45,632 nucleotides of DNA from Candidatus Cloacimonadota bacterium (GTDB lineage Bacteria > Cloacimonadota > Cloacimonadia > Cloacimonadales > TCS61), in the NCBI GenBank assembly GCA_027064945.1, contig JAMOPB010000237.1:1-45632 (forward strand). The letters run 5' to 3'. The position numbers were made by a program, and so were the translations under genes. The notes under the pieces were generated by a model, which had not been told where the DNA came from, did no database searches, and saw only the letters and a list, made by a program, of their open reading frames with translations. Each line of letters starts with the position of its first letter. Within the stretch, counting starts at the first letter, position 1. Below are positions 10,508-19,573 of this stretch, one piece after another.

Positions 10508-11019
10508 TAGCTACCCTTTTCTATTGTTTTAAGTATCTGATTTGCATTAAAAATATTTTTTGAATTTTTTATTTCATACGCGTTTATTTTATTATGAAAA
10601 TACTCTTTTAAATAAATATCCAGAGCGCGGCGATCAGAAAAATAGTTATTCATAAGAGATTTATATATTTGAGGATTTATACACGCCTTTACATCCGTTT
10701 CAAAATTTTCAAAGGTTTTAGACACTAGTGCTTTAGTTACCCCATCAGAACCTTGTGTTAAATACACAGGTAAAATATTTTTTTCAAACCAGTATATAAA
10801 TTTTAATTCACAAGTGTTAATAAATAAAGTAAATGCTTTTTCAAAGCTCATACCGGTATGATCTGTTTTAGAATTTAATTTCTTCAAATTGTTCTTCAGT
10901 TTGTTGTTTGTTATCTTCAACTGATAATTCTGTTTTATTAATATCAATATTACTGCTATCGCTGTTATCAGTGTTGCGTTTATCGGTTGCGCAATCCAAT
11001 ACATGATTTGATCCATCAT
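10507..11019 (-). CDS. N-terminally membrane-anchored hypothetical protein (170 aa)
   Basis: AAAGGAG lies 6 nt upstream of ATGATG at 11019. Hydrophobic helix LITAIAVILILI near the N-terminus. Its stop overlaps the portal ATG (TAATG). Confidence 0.5.
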   Translation of the reverse strand: MMDQIMYWIAQPINATLITAIAVILILIKQNYQLKITNNKLKNNLKKLNSKTDHTGMSFEKAFTLFINTCELKFIYWFEKNILPVYLTQGSDGVTKALVSKTFENFETDVKACINPQIYKSLMNNYFSDRRALDIYLKEYFHNKINAYEIKNSKNIFNANQILKTIEKGS

Positions 11020-11149
11020 CTGATTCTCCTTTAATATGAACAGGCCTTAAAGTGGTGTTTTCTTCATTATTTAAATCTAAATCATCATCTTTTCTAAACA
11101 CCAGATCTATAGTAATTTCAGAAAAGTTATCTACAACCAAATCTTCCAT
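10868..11149 (-). CDS. small acidic hypothetical protein (about 93 aa)
   Basis: ATG at 11149 with AAGGA 8 nt upstream (the ORF track starts it at a TTG at 11155). Overlaps the 5' part of 10507-11019 by 152 nt in another frame. Confidence 0.4.
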   Translation of the reverse strand: MEDLVVDNFSEITIDLVFRKDDDLDLNNEENTTLRPVHIKGESDDGSNHVLDCATDKRNTDNSDSSNIDINKTELSVEDNKQQTEEQFEEIKF

Positions 11150-11151
11150 TT

Positions 11152-12186
11152 TCAATATCCTTTTTTATATATATTTTCTACCACATTAGCAATTTCTTCT
11201 TTTGGTTCTAATGATTTCGCTATAGTTGCAGGAGTCTGGAACCACGCGTTTTTGTAGAATGTTGGTTCTTTAAGAGCTGTTAAAGCATCTTGTGCTAACG
11301 GCTGCAATGTTATTCTAACATTCACTGTTAATGGTTGTTGGTATATATTAAAATCAACATCAGTTCCACCGCGATCAAAATTTATATTTGTAATTCCTGC
11401 AAGTTTATAATGCCCCATTCCGTGAGCATCCACTTCGTAAATAAAAGGTGTGCTAAGATCCGTTCCTGTACGCGAAAGTGGGGAACTCATGATAAATATA
11501 ATGATTAGTGGTTCGATTATATATCTCCGAATTGATTTTGGATCACCGCTTGGACTAGTTAATTTTATGCTTAATTGTAAGATATCTTGGACACTAGTAT
11601 TCGTCCACATTTTAGGCATATGGATTCTGTATCCTGAAAAAGCATCAAGTGCTCCAAAAATATCATTAAGATCCATGTCGCCGTTATACTGGTTTCCTGA
11701 AAGCATTTTAAATATTGATGCCGCGTTTCCAGTTGTATTTATCGCTTTTGAAAACACGCCTTTTGTTTTAGTGTCAAGAAATGAAGTTACTAAATCTTTG
11801 ACTCCAGTAGCTCCTTGATCCAATATATTAGAATCGTAATTGTGCGATATGCTATTGTTGATCGCACTGTCTACTGTAGCCACTAATCTAATACCATCAT
11901 ATCCAGTGCTCGGATTATAGGTAGTTAAATATTCTTTATGATTTTCTATTACTTTATTAAACCATTTCATTGGGTGATCAGCATCCGCGTAAGTTAAAAC
12001 ATCATTCACAAATGTTTTCATATCGTTAACGCTTGTAATATTTAAACCTTTATTAAATTTAAGTGTTCTTGGATACAAGTCCACAAACGCAAGATGAGGA
12101 AGAAGTTTATCCTCATACGAATAGCGTTTATTTATATTTTTATTATATCCAGGAACTTTACCTATTGTAAAAAATTTTTTAGGCAT
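11152..12186 (-). CDS. hypothetical tail protein, possible tube-initiator/distal-tail type
   Basis: 344-aa ORF immediately downstream of the tape-measure-like gene. The C-terminal beta-rich segment (WTNTSVQDILQLSIKLTSPSG..FIYEVDAHGMGHYKLAGITNINFDRGG..LTVNVRITLQPL) is reminiscent of the tube fold. Weak. Confidence 0.3.
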   Translation of the reverse strand: MPKKFFTIGKVPGYNKNINKRYSYEDKLLPHLAFVDLYPRTLKFNKGLNITSVNDMKTFVNDVLTYADADHPMKWFNKVIENHKEYLTTYNPSTGYDGIRLVATVDSAINNSISHNYDSNILDQGATGVKDLVTSFLDTKTKGVFSKAINTTGNAASIFKMLSGNQYNGDMDLNDIFGALDAFSGYRIHMPKMWTNTSVQDILQLSIKLTSPSGDPKSIRRYIIEPLIIIFIMSSPLSRTGTDLSTPFIYEVDAHGMGHYKLAGITNINFDRGGTDVDFNIYQQPLTVNVRITLQPLAQDALTALKEPTFYKNAWFQTPATIAKSLEPKEEIANVVENIYKKGY

Positions 12187-12200
12187 TTATTATTCCTTTT

Positions 12201-15200
12201 TTAATGATCATGTAGTGGATGATTCACTTTTTCTTCTAACTTCTGTTTTGCTGCTTTAGCAACTTGTATAGTTGCTTGTACTTGTTTTTCATGACCAGCT
12301 GCTGATACGCCTATGAGTTGATCAAGTTTAATTAATATACCTTCTAATAATCCAGGTACATCATCTTTTGATATATTTGAAATTTTGTTTTTATCCATTT
12401 TAGATGTTAATACATTGATATTGGTGCGAGCACTTCGATCATTGGCGATCTGTTTGCCAATTTTTGCTTGATAAATATTTTGAAGATGTTGTTTAGTTTC
12501 ATTATCCCAATCATCAAATTCAATTAATTTCTTAATCTGCTCTTTATCTAAACGTTTAACCGCATCCCAATCTTTAATCTCGCTATTGCCAAACCAATTA
12601 TGATCAACAATACCTTTGTCTTCAAGTTCAGCAACTATGTCTGCAGCACTCATTCTAGCATGGCGCGCTAAAGCTGTTTTATTAATTTTTATATTTTTAT
12701 CAATTTTTCTAATTTGTTCGCGTTCAATTGTATTTTTTTGTTTTTTACGAATGTCAAGCAACATTTGGAGGCGCTTCTTATCTTCATCGCTCAAATTAAG
12801 TTTTAATAAAGATTTGATTTGTTCAGGTTTAAGTCTTTCAATTAGCGCCCAGTCTCTGATTTCACTTATTATAAAAGGCGCAGTGGAAAAACGAATTGCA
12901 GCTGCTCGTTCAAGTTGATAATAAAGTTTTTTATCTTTTGAATTGATTGAGCTAAATAATCCACCAAGTGTTAACACATCATCTAGAACAGCGTGTGTAA
13001 GACTAGTAGTTATAATGCCAGTATAATAACCAAATTTACCTTGTTTATTTTTATTTTCATTTATGCGTTGTTTTATTATCTTTTGATACTCTTTTTCATT
13101 TTTAATAATATCTTTCATTTGAGTATCTTTATTTACTCGTTGTCGAGTTTTTAAAGTTACAAGATTTTGTAAAAATTGTTTATCTTTATCATCCCAATCA
13201 TCAAAACTCAATAATTGTGTTAATTGTTCAAGAGGCAATTTAGCAATCGTTTTATAATCTTTTATTTGTGATTTACCGATCCAATTATATTCAATAATTC
13301 CTAGTTTGTCGAATTCCTCAATTAATTTTTTTTCGCGCCCGTATCCGTAGCTCATAATTCCACTGATACCTAGCGAAGCTACGGCTAACGGCCCACCACC
13401 TTTTATGAATTTAGTGCCATATTTTAATAATCCTCCAATGCTAAGACCACTAAGTGCGGTACCTAATAACGCACCAAGTGATGCGTCAGATCCACCTGCA
13501 GTAGCCGTATTTCCGCCTCTTGTTATTAATGTTTTTAGACCATCTAAACTGAAAAATTTAACAAGTTTATTGGTATTCATCATAATTTTTTTCAAAAATG
13601 AATTTTGTAAAACTTCTGCATCTATAATATCATTTTCTTTGGCTTCTTTAATACCTTCAAGAGTATTGTCTGCAGATATCAATGCAGTTGGTTTTCGTCG
13701 AACTGGATATTTAACACTAAATATTTCTTTTCCTCTATTAATCAACTCGTCCGCTAGATATTTAGCACCTAGTTTTAAACTCTCTTCATTAATCGTAACA
13801 CAGCTACAGTATTCAGCTGCGTTTTTATTTTTAATTTTAACATGATCTTTTAAGATTGCAGCTGCTGGTATTCCTTCTTCATAATCGACATTTCCAAACG
13901 TATGTCTAATTCTAAGAAGTTTAGCTGCATCTATACTATTTTCAGTAATTTTTTTAATATCTTGTGGGGTTTTAATTCCACCAAGAAATTCTTCAGTAAA
14001 CAGCGGCCTGTACATCATTTCAGTGGCAAACTGCCAACCAGACTCTGCTGTTAGTTTTTCTTTTTCATAGAGATATTTGAAACCTTCTGCAACCCCTTTA
14101 ATTAGATCATCTTCATCATTTCCTTTACGACTTCCTTTTTTAAAACCATATTTTATAACATCAGCAAATCTAGCCCACGCTTTTTTAGTTTCAAAAGCAT
14201 TTTCTTTAGCTTTTTCTACGATTGCTTTCATAGCGCTTTGCATAAATTCTTTTGCTTCTTCTTCTGTTTCTAATTTACCAGTGTATTTATTCATAGTACG
14301 TGTAACACGAGCGCGTGGTTTTTCAATTAATCCATATCCTGTTAATGCTTGTGATAAATTAGCAGTATTTATCATAGTAGCATGTGTGAATAAGGCCACA
14401 TTTGCTAAATGATGAATCATCAAATCAAATTGATCTGGCATTGTAGTAGTGGCATATCTATAATAAAGCTGCTGATCTTCGAGTTTTTCGAGGCCTACTT
14501 CCTTCATAAGAGCAGTTATTTCTTTTTCCATCTGCTCTTGATATCTGAGCTTAGCTTTCTGTTCCAAGCCCATACGATTCTCATTTGCCAATATTCTGAA
14601 TACCGGTAACTTTAATAAAGCTTTATTGGTTTTTTCAATTATTGGCTCCATTAATCTTTCAAAAAATGATGTTTCTCTTCGAATATCAAAGCCTTCGGCC
14701 ATTTTGTTAAACATTTCATCGTGATAACGATATACATGTGGCCCACCAAGTAAATTTAAGAAGAAATTACCGATACCACTCATTTTACCGCCGCGACCGG
14801 CAACCCATTGTGCTCCAAGTGCTGCAACATTACGCGCACCACCTAGCATCATTCTAAGCATTTCGAAAAATGGTATTTTATTTGACAACCAATCTAGTAT
14901 ACCACCTTTTTCATTATCTGGTTTTCCGATTACATTATATTTAACAGGTTCTTTAATTCCATATCCGCGCGTACGGATTGTAGCCACCTCAACGGCGGTC
15001 ATTCTAGTAAATTCATATATTCCTGATAATAATCCAATTTGTGCATCTTCAAAAGTTCTAGCTCGTGAAAGAACACCTTGAGAATCTTCTGTAATACTAT
15101 AATACATATTAATATAAGACTCTTCTTCGCCGATACCTAGGCGCTTAGCAAACAATGCGGCTTTTCTCTGTTCAACTGTTTGAAAAGCTTTATCGAATTT

Positions 15201-16340
15201 TTTCATTTCCTCTTTAATATTACCACCGCTCATTACTATTTGCAACTGCTTAATGAGATCTAAACCAATCGCGGCTTTATTCAAAAATGATCCAAATTCA
15301 GTTGCTGCAAGTCCAAGATTTTCAGCAAAAGAATGCGCAAATTGTCCATGTTCCATACGTTCTGCATGTTTACCGATTACAGTAGCGTATTCTTTACCTT
15401 TATAAAATGTTGCTAGTTTGCCTAGGTTTCTGTTATAAGTACTCGCAGATGATATATTTTTACCAATAATATTGTTAACAAATTCTGAAGTTAAAATAGG
15501 GATTGAACTTGTGTAAGAAGCGATTCTAGCCAACATATTAAGTTGTGCCAAATCAACAATATTAATATGTTCGCCTTTCGGATCTAAAGCATACAATTGA
15601 TTAATTAATTGATTTGTTTCATGCATCGGTTCTTGATTAACAAACTCAGATGCAGCGTGCATTTTCGCATCAATTGTAATAGGGCGTAATTTACGCACTT
15701 GTTTGTGAGATATACCAGCTCCAGTTAACTTGCTAGCTAAAGTAGAAGTTAATTTACCTAAAAGCGGCATAGCCATCGCAATAACTGGTCCTGCAAGTAT
15801 GCTTCCAAGTACTTGGCTTCCTGTTAAAGCAGCTGCTGTGCCAGCTATCTTGTTTGCTGCTCCCATTGAAAGCGCATACATAGGGTTAATATATTGAAGT
15901 GTGCCAAATAAATGTTTTAATCCTCCAGCTTGAGATGCGATATTCGCAGCACCGCTTCCTAGAGATTTAAGAAATTGATTTTGTATCCCTGCACTTTGTA
16001 ATAAATTTACTCCGCTTGAAACTGTGCCTGCTAAATATTGAGGCATCATAGCAAGCATATAATTATTAGCCATAGCTCTCTGAAATTCAGCAGCACCTTT
16101 TAATGTAGTACCACCAGCTGCTCTAACTTGAGTAATTTTTCCTTCATTAATATTACCAGTACGAAAAGCTTCCCATTGCTCAGCAAGCCGCTGTGCTTCT
16201 TCTTCGCGTTTCTTAGATTGATAACGAGCAGTTTGTTGTTCATATTTGATTTTATTTTGCACTCCGCGTAAAGAACTTTGTGCTCCTTTTGCTTGTAGAT
16301 AAGTCATAAATGCCATTAAAGCAGGGTTAATAGGATTCAT
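12201..16340 (-). CDS. tape-measure-like / ejection-type giant virion protein (1379 aa)
   Basis: Longest ORF in the window. It has Gly/Ala-rich hydrophobic stretches (residues ~100-210 and ~920-980), long helical regions and a threefold internal ~55-aa repeat near the C-terminus. First gene after array L. Confidence 0.45.
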   Translation of the reverse strand: MNPINPALMAFMTYLQAKGAQSSLRGVQNKIKYEQQTARYQSKKREEEAQRLAEQWEAFRTGNINEGKITQVRAAGGTTLKGAAEFQRAMANNYMLAMMPQYLAGTVSSGVNLLQSAGIQNQFLKSLGSGAANIASQAGGLKHLFGTLQYINPMYALSMGAANKIAGTAAALTGSQVLGSILAGPVIAMAMPLLGKLTSTLASKLTGAGISHKQVRKLRPITIDAKMHAASEFVNQEPMHETNQLINQLYALDPKGEHINIVDLAQLNMLARIASYTSSIPILTSEFVNNIIGKNISSASTYNRNLGKLATFYKGKEYATVIGKHAERMEHGQFAHSFAENLGLAATEFGSFLNKAAIGLDLIKQLQIVMSGGNIKEEMKKFDKAFQTVEQRKAALFAKRLGIGEEESYINMYYSITEDSQGVLSRARTFEDAQIGLLSGIYEFTRMTAVEVATIRTRGYGIKEPVKYNVIGKPDNEKGGILDWLSNKIPFFEMLRMMLGGARNVAALGAQWVAGRGGKMSGIGNFFLNLLGGPHVYRYHDEMFNKMAEGFDIRRETSFFERLMEPIIEKTNKALLKLPVFRILANENRMGLEQKAKLRYQEQMEKEITALMKEVGLEKLEDQQLYYRYATTTMPDQFDLMIHHLANVALFTHATMINTANLSQALTGYGLIEKPRARVTRTMNKYTGKLETEEEAKEFMQSAMKAIVEKAKENAFETKKAWARFADVIKYGFKKGSRKGNDEDDLIKGVAEGFKYLYEKEKLTAESGWQFATEMMYRPLFTEEFLGGIKTPQDIKKITENSIDAAKLLRIRHTFGNVDYEEGIPAAAILKDHVKIKNKNAAEYCSCVTINEESLKLGAKYLADELINRGKEIFSVKYPVRRKPTALISADNTLEGIKEAKENDIIDAEVLQNSFLKKIMMNTNKLVKFFSLDGLKTLITRGGNTATAGGSDASLGALLGTALSGLSIGGLLKYGTKFIKGGGPLAVASLGISGIMSYGYGREKKLIEEFDKLGIIEYNWIGKSQIKDYKTIAKLPLEQLTQLLSFDDWDDKDKQFLQNLVTLKTRQRVNKDTQMKDIIKNEKEYQKIIKQRINENKNKQGKFGYYTGIITTSLTHAVLDDVLTLGGLFSSINSKDKKLYYQLERAAAIRFSTAPFIISEIRDWALIERLKPEQIKSLLKLNLSDEDKKRLQMLLDIRKKQKNTIEREQIRKIDKNIKINKTALARHARMSAADIVAELEDKGIVDHNWFGNSEIKDWDAVKRLDKEQIKKLIEFDDWDNETKQHLQNIYQAKIGKQIANDRSARTNINVLTSKMDKNKISNISKDDVPGLLEGILIKLDQLIGVSAAGHEKQVQATIQVAKAAKQKLEEKVNHPLHDH

Positions 16341-16405
16341 ATAACAACCTTTATTAGTTGATTTGTAGCTATTGCTTTGGGTTTAAATGAAGTACACAAA
16401 ATTTT

Positions 16406-16917
16406 AAAATAACAACCTTTCTAATAGCTTGTTGCAGTTGACTGTACCTAGATGCAGAAAAACTTTTTTAGTCTGCGCGAACCGGTCTGGACGGTTCACT
16501 GCGAATTGTTTTCTAGTTAATAGAAAATAGTAACCTTTCTAATATTATGTTACAGTTGGCAGAACCTAGATGCAGAAAAACTTTTTTAGTCTGCGCAAAC
16601 CGGTTTGATCCCTAGAAACTTTTTTCTAGTAAATAGAAAATAGTAACCTTTCTAATACTATGTTACAGTTGGCAGAACCTAGATGCAGAAAAACTTTTTT
16701 CTAGAGATCATCTCGGTCTGATCTCATTGTTGCGATGAAGTCGCAACAATGAGACGGCCTGTTAGATAACTTCCTTTTAGAAGTTATCTAACCAGTCTGA
16801 TCCCTAGAAACTTTTTTCTAGTTAATAGAAAATAGTAACCTTTCTAATGTTATGTTACAGTTGGCAGAACCTAGATGCAAAAAAACTTTTTTAGTTCGCG
16901 CGAACCGGTCTGGACGG
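16406..16917 (-). repeat. tandem array L: 4 copies of a ~113-118-bp unit (one expanded to 192 bp), reverse complement of array R
   Basis: Core aacctttctaat-NNNN-tgttacagttggcagaacctagatgcagaaaaactttttt begins at 16414, 16532, 16645 and 16837. A degenerate partial copy at 16341-16362 abuts the ATG of 12201-16340. Confidence 0.95.
16722..16792. repeat. double-hairpin module (copy in array L)
   Basis: tctcattgttgcga-tgaag-tcgcaacaatgaga (14-bp stem) followed by gttagataacttcc-tttt-agaagttatctaac (13/14 bp). Confidence 0.9.
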
Positions 16918-16988
16918 TAAAACTTTTTTAATTAATAAATATATTTAATTTTCTTAACAAACCTATAGACTATAAAACAGGAGCGCAC

Positions 16989-18773
16989 ATGCAACTAGAT
17001 AATCTAAGTTATGAAGTGCAGGAATATATGAAATGCAAATATAATCCGTTGTACTATATCGAAAATTATGTTAAGATTCCTACACAAGGTGGGCCAGTTC
17101 TGATATCAGAGGCTGGTCTCTGGAAAAAAACAAACAAATATAGACTTGCTATCAAATCTGCTTGGAAATTCAGAAAAGTAATTTTATTGTTTCCTAGACA
17201 GACTGGTAAAACAACGTTGAATGACGCAATTTTATCTCACACTTTGAATTTTTACGAAGGTATCCAAGCGGGGTTCGTATCGATTGATAAAAATAGAGTT
17301 ATGGATTTTATTAGACGATTACAATTTATTTACGACCATTTACCTGTGTTTTTAAAAACACCGCAAAAACGCTCGCTGTCAGATAGAGTAACGTATTTTA
17401 AATTATTAAACGGTTCTCAATTACACACAAGCGGAGTTTCTGGCAACGTTTCAGAATCAGAAGTATTCAGGGGTCTATCTTTAAGTAACTTGATAATAGA
17501 TGAGGCTGCATTTTTAAATATGAATGATTTGTTAACATCTGTTGGTCCAGCATATTCGAAAGCAAGTACAGAAGCAATCAAAGCAGGTAAACCAAGTGCA
17601 TTAATATTAACAACTACACCAAACGGCATTAATGATGGCGGTTTTTATAAAATTATGAGCAATGCAACTTCGATAGAAGAGTTGATAGTAGATCCAAAAG
17701 ATCCACTTTGTGATAAATTAAAATCTGACGAAGAATGTTTCGAAATCTTGAACCAAGAAGGACGTAACGGATATGTACTAGTAAAATTGAATTGGTGGGA
17801 AGTGTTTGATGATCAATGGTATAATCAACAGAAGCAATTATTAAACTTTGATAAAAGAAGAATTGCTCAAGAGATCGATCTTGTATTTTTAGGAAGCAGC
17901 ACATCGGTATTATCAGATGATGTTATTGCAAGAATGAAACCTGCTACACAATATACTGAAAAACAATTATTTAATAATATTAAAATTCATTTTTTCAATG
18001 ATCTTGATCCTGAACATGTGTATTTAATTGGAGTCGACGTAGCTGCATCCAGTGCAGATAGTCAAGCTGCCGATTATAGCGCGCTAGTTGTCTGGGATGC
18101 GACGTTAAATAGACAAGTTGCTGAATTAAAAGTACGAGAACCTGTGTTAAAAAATTATGGGTATGCGATAATTGAATTGATTAAATTTTTAATTAAAATT
18201 GTTAATATACCAGAATGGAATTTAAAATTGGTAATTGAAAGAAACTCGTTTGGATTAGGATTGATTGAACATTTACTATATGATCCAGACTGGGGTGACC
18301 TGATGGCTAGGATCTTGTATAAAAGTAAATTAAGAAATGATTTTGTATACGGGGTACAAGTAACCGCTGCTAATAGACCGCTTATTATTAACGCATTATT
18401 GCAGCTAGTAAACGAGAAGCCAGAATCTATTGTAGGCCCAGAATTAATTAAAGAATTACAAGTTTTAGAACAGAAAAGTAATGGAAGAATCGAAGCAGCA
18501 CGCGGTTTTCATGACGACGTTGTATTCGCCGCTTCACATGCAGTTTATGCTAGAAAAGATTTGATTAAAAGAGGAGAACTCGAAGGAAACCCTGATGAAA
18601 ATTATGGTCCAAGAGTATCACTTGAGCAAATTTTAACAGTTGTTAAAACAGATGATAGTGAGGATGAGCAAGCTGAATTACAAGTAATTGAACATCGCAG
18701 TAATAATTTGGAAGCTGAAAAGAGGGATAGGCAGTTAGAAGTTGAAAAAGCAATATTAAGTATATTAAATTAA
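16989..18773 (+). CDS. terL: terminase large subunit
   Basis: Walker A LFPRQTGKTT, Walker B LIIDEAAF, RNaseH-like nuclease motifs GVDVAASSADSQAADYSALVVWD and GFHDDVVFA. 594 aa. AGGAG SD 6 nt before the ATG. Confidence 0.9.
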   Translation: MQLDNLSYEVQEYMKCKYNPLYYIENYVKIPTQGGPVLISEAGLWKKTNKYRLAIKSAWKFRKVILLFPRQTGKTTLNDAILSHTLNFYEGIQAGFVSIDKNRVMDFIRRLQFIYDHLPVFLKTPQKRSLSDRVTYFKLLNGSQLHTSGVSGNVSESEVFRGLSLSNLIIDEAAFLNMNDLLTSVGPAYSKASTEAIKAGKPSALILTTTPNGINDGGFYKIMSNATSIEELIVDPKDPLCDKLKSDEECFEILNQEGRNGYVLVKLNWWEVFDDQWYNQQKQLLNFDKRRIAQEIDLVFLGSSTSVLSDDVIARMKPATQYTEKQLFNNIKIHFFNDLDPEHVYLIGVDVAASSADSQAADYSALVVWDATLNRQVAELKVREPVLKNYGYAIIELIKFLIKIVNIPEWNLKLVIERNSFGLGLIEHLLYDPDWGDLMARILYKSKLRNDFVYGVQVTAANRPLIINALLQLVNEKPESIVGPELIKELQVLEQKSNGRIEAARGFHDDVVFAASHAVYARKDLIKRGELEGNPDENYGPRVSLEQILTVVKTDDSEDEQAELQVIEHRSNNLEAEKRDRQLEVEKAILSILN

Positions 18774-18784
18774 AAAATACAAAA

Positions 18785-18829
18785 AACAGAGTAACGCAAA
18801 ACGGTATAATCCGATTGCGTTACTCTGTT
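18785..18829. terminator. bidirectional terminator between convergent terL and 18842-19456
   Basis: 15-bp stem aacagagtaacgcaa/ttgcgttactctgtt. A-rich on the left and T-rich on the right. Confidence 0.85.
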
Positions 18830-18841
18830 TGCTATTTTCTG

Positions 18842-19456
18842 TTATTCTAATCCATATGAATATGATTTTCTTATTTTTGTATCGAATGCAGGAGCTGGAG
18901 CAGGTTTAACTTCTTTAGATTGACCTGTAATTTTATCTAAAAAGTTTGCAGCTTTTATGCCACTTTCAGTAGGCTGTAGACCATATTTGGCAGTTTTTTC
19001 AACATTATTTTGGAATGTTTTAACACCTTTAGATATAATATTTTCTGGTTTTGGAACTGTTTTATCATTTAAAACTTCACCAGTATTTGTGATGTGTGTG
19101 CCGCTTGGTAAAGTTACACCTGCATTAATTTTATGACCAGGGTGTACTTTATCTGGTTTTGGAACTGTTTGTTCAGCCGGCGCTTTAACTTCGACTGTTT
19201 TGTTACCGAGATTAGTATGTTTCTGTGTTTCAGCTGCTAAATCTTTTTGTTCAGCCGGCTGTTCAACTGTTTCTTCATTTTTCTTATTGAAAAATTCTTT
19301 AGCGGTTTTTAATGCGGGATCAAGATGCCCTGTTTTATATGCATAATAAGTACCTCCTGCAAGAGCTGCTAAACCTGCTGCTGTTGCTAGTTTACCTTTA
19401 TGTTTAGAAACAAATTCTTTTGCTTTTTGTACAATAGATTCATGAATTATTTCCAT
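18842..19456 (-). CDS. YtxH-like membrane-anchored protein, paralog of 19574-19993
   Basis: KAKEFVSKHKGKLATAAGLAALAGGTYYAYKTGH aligns with KAKDFVVKNKGKLAALAGAAALAGAGAYYAHQH of the neighbouring gene. N-terminal MEIIHESI leader. Confidence 0.5.
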   Translation of the reverse strand: MEIIHESIVQKAKEFVSKHKGKLATAAGLAALAGGTYYAYKTGHLDPALKTAKEFFNKKNEETVEQPAEQKDLAAETQKHTNLGNKTVEVKAPAEQTVPKPDKVHPGHKINAGVTLPSGTHITNTGEVLNDKTVPKPENIISKGVKTFQNNVEKTAKYGLQPTESGIKAANFLDKITGQSKEVKPAPAPAFDTKIRKSYSYGLE

Positions 19457-19520
19457 TATTAAATCCTTTTTGTAATTTTATACAGTTATTTGGGCATAGA
19501 TTTCTAAATGCGCAGTTGCT

Positions 19521-19560
19521 AAAAAAACAATAACGAGATTCGCAGCTGCGAATCTCGTTA
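19521..19560 (-). terminator. intrinsic terminator after 19574-19993
   Basis: Perfect 30-nt palindrome taacgagattcgcag/ctgcgaatctcgtta (19531-19560), preceded on plus by aaaaaaacaa. Confidence 0.75.
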
Positions 19561-19573
19561 AATGATAATCAGA

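Noticed and set aside
12616-14609. Plus-strand ORFs inside the 1379-aa gene (12616-12918, 13405-13845, 14077-14412, 14409-14609). Similar antisense ORFs occur elsewhere (372-572, 734-1000, 1238-1596, 4299-4913, 6456-6749, 7507-7734, 8661-8858, 11450-11818, 17417-17904, 20502-21347, 25392-25580, 27978-28358, 34371-34565, 35623-36333, 40497-40936, 41896-42099, 42969-43163).
   Set aside because: These are shadow ORFs on the opposite strand of much longer, well-supported genes. They have low-complexity Ser/Phe/Leu/Ile-rich translations typical of antisense AT-rich coding DNA, and no SD sites.
16557-16574. Sigma54-type -24/-12 promoter (TGGCAG....TGCA) inside every array core.
   Set aside because: GG and GC are separated by 12 nt rather than the canonical 10, and there is no other support.
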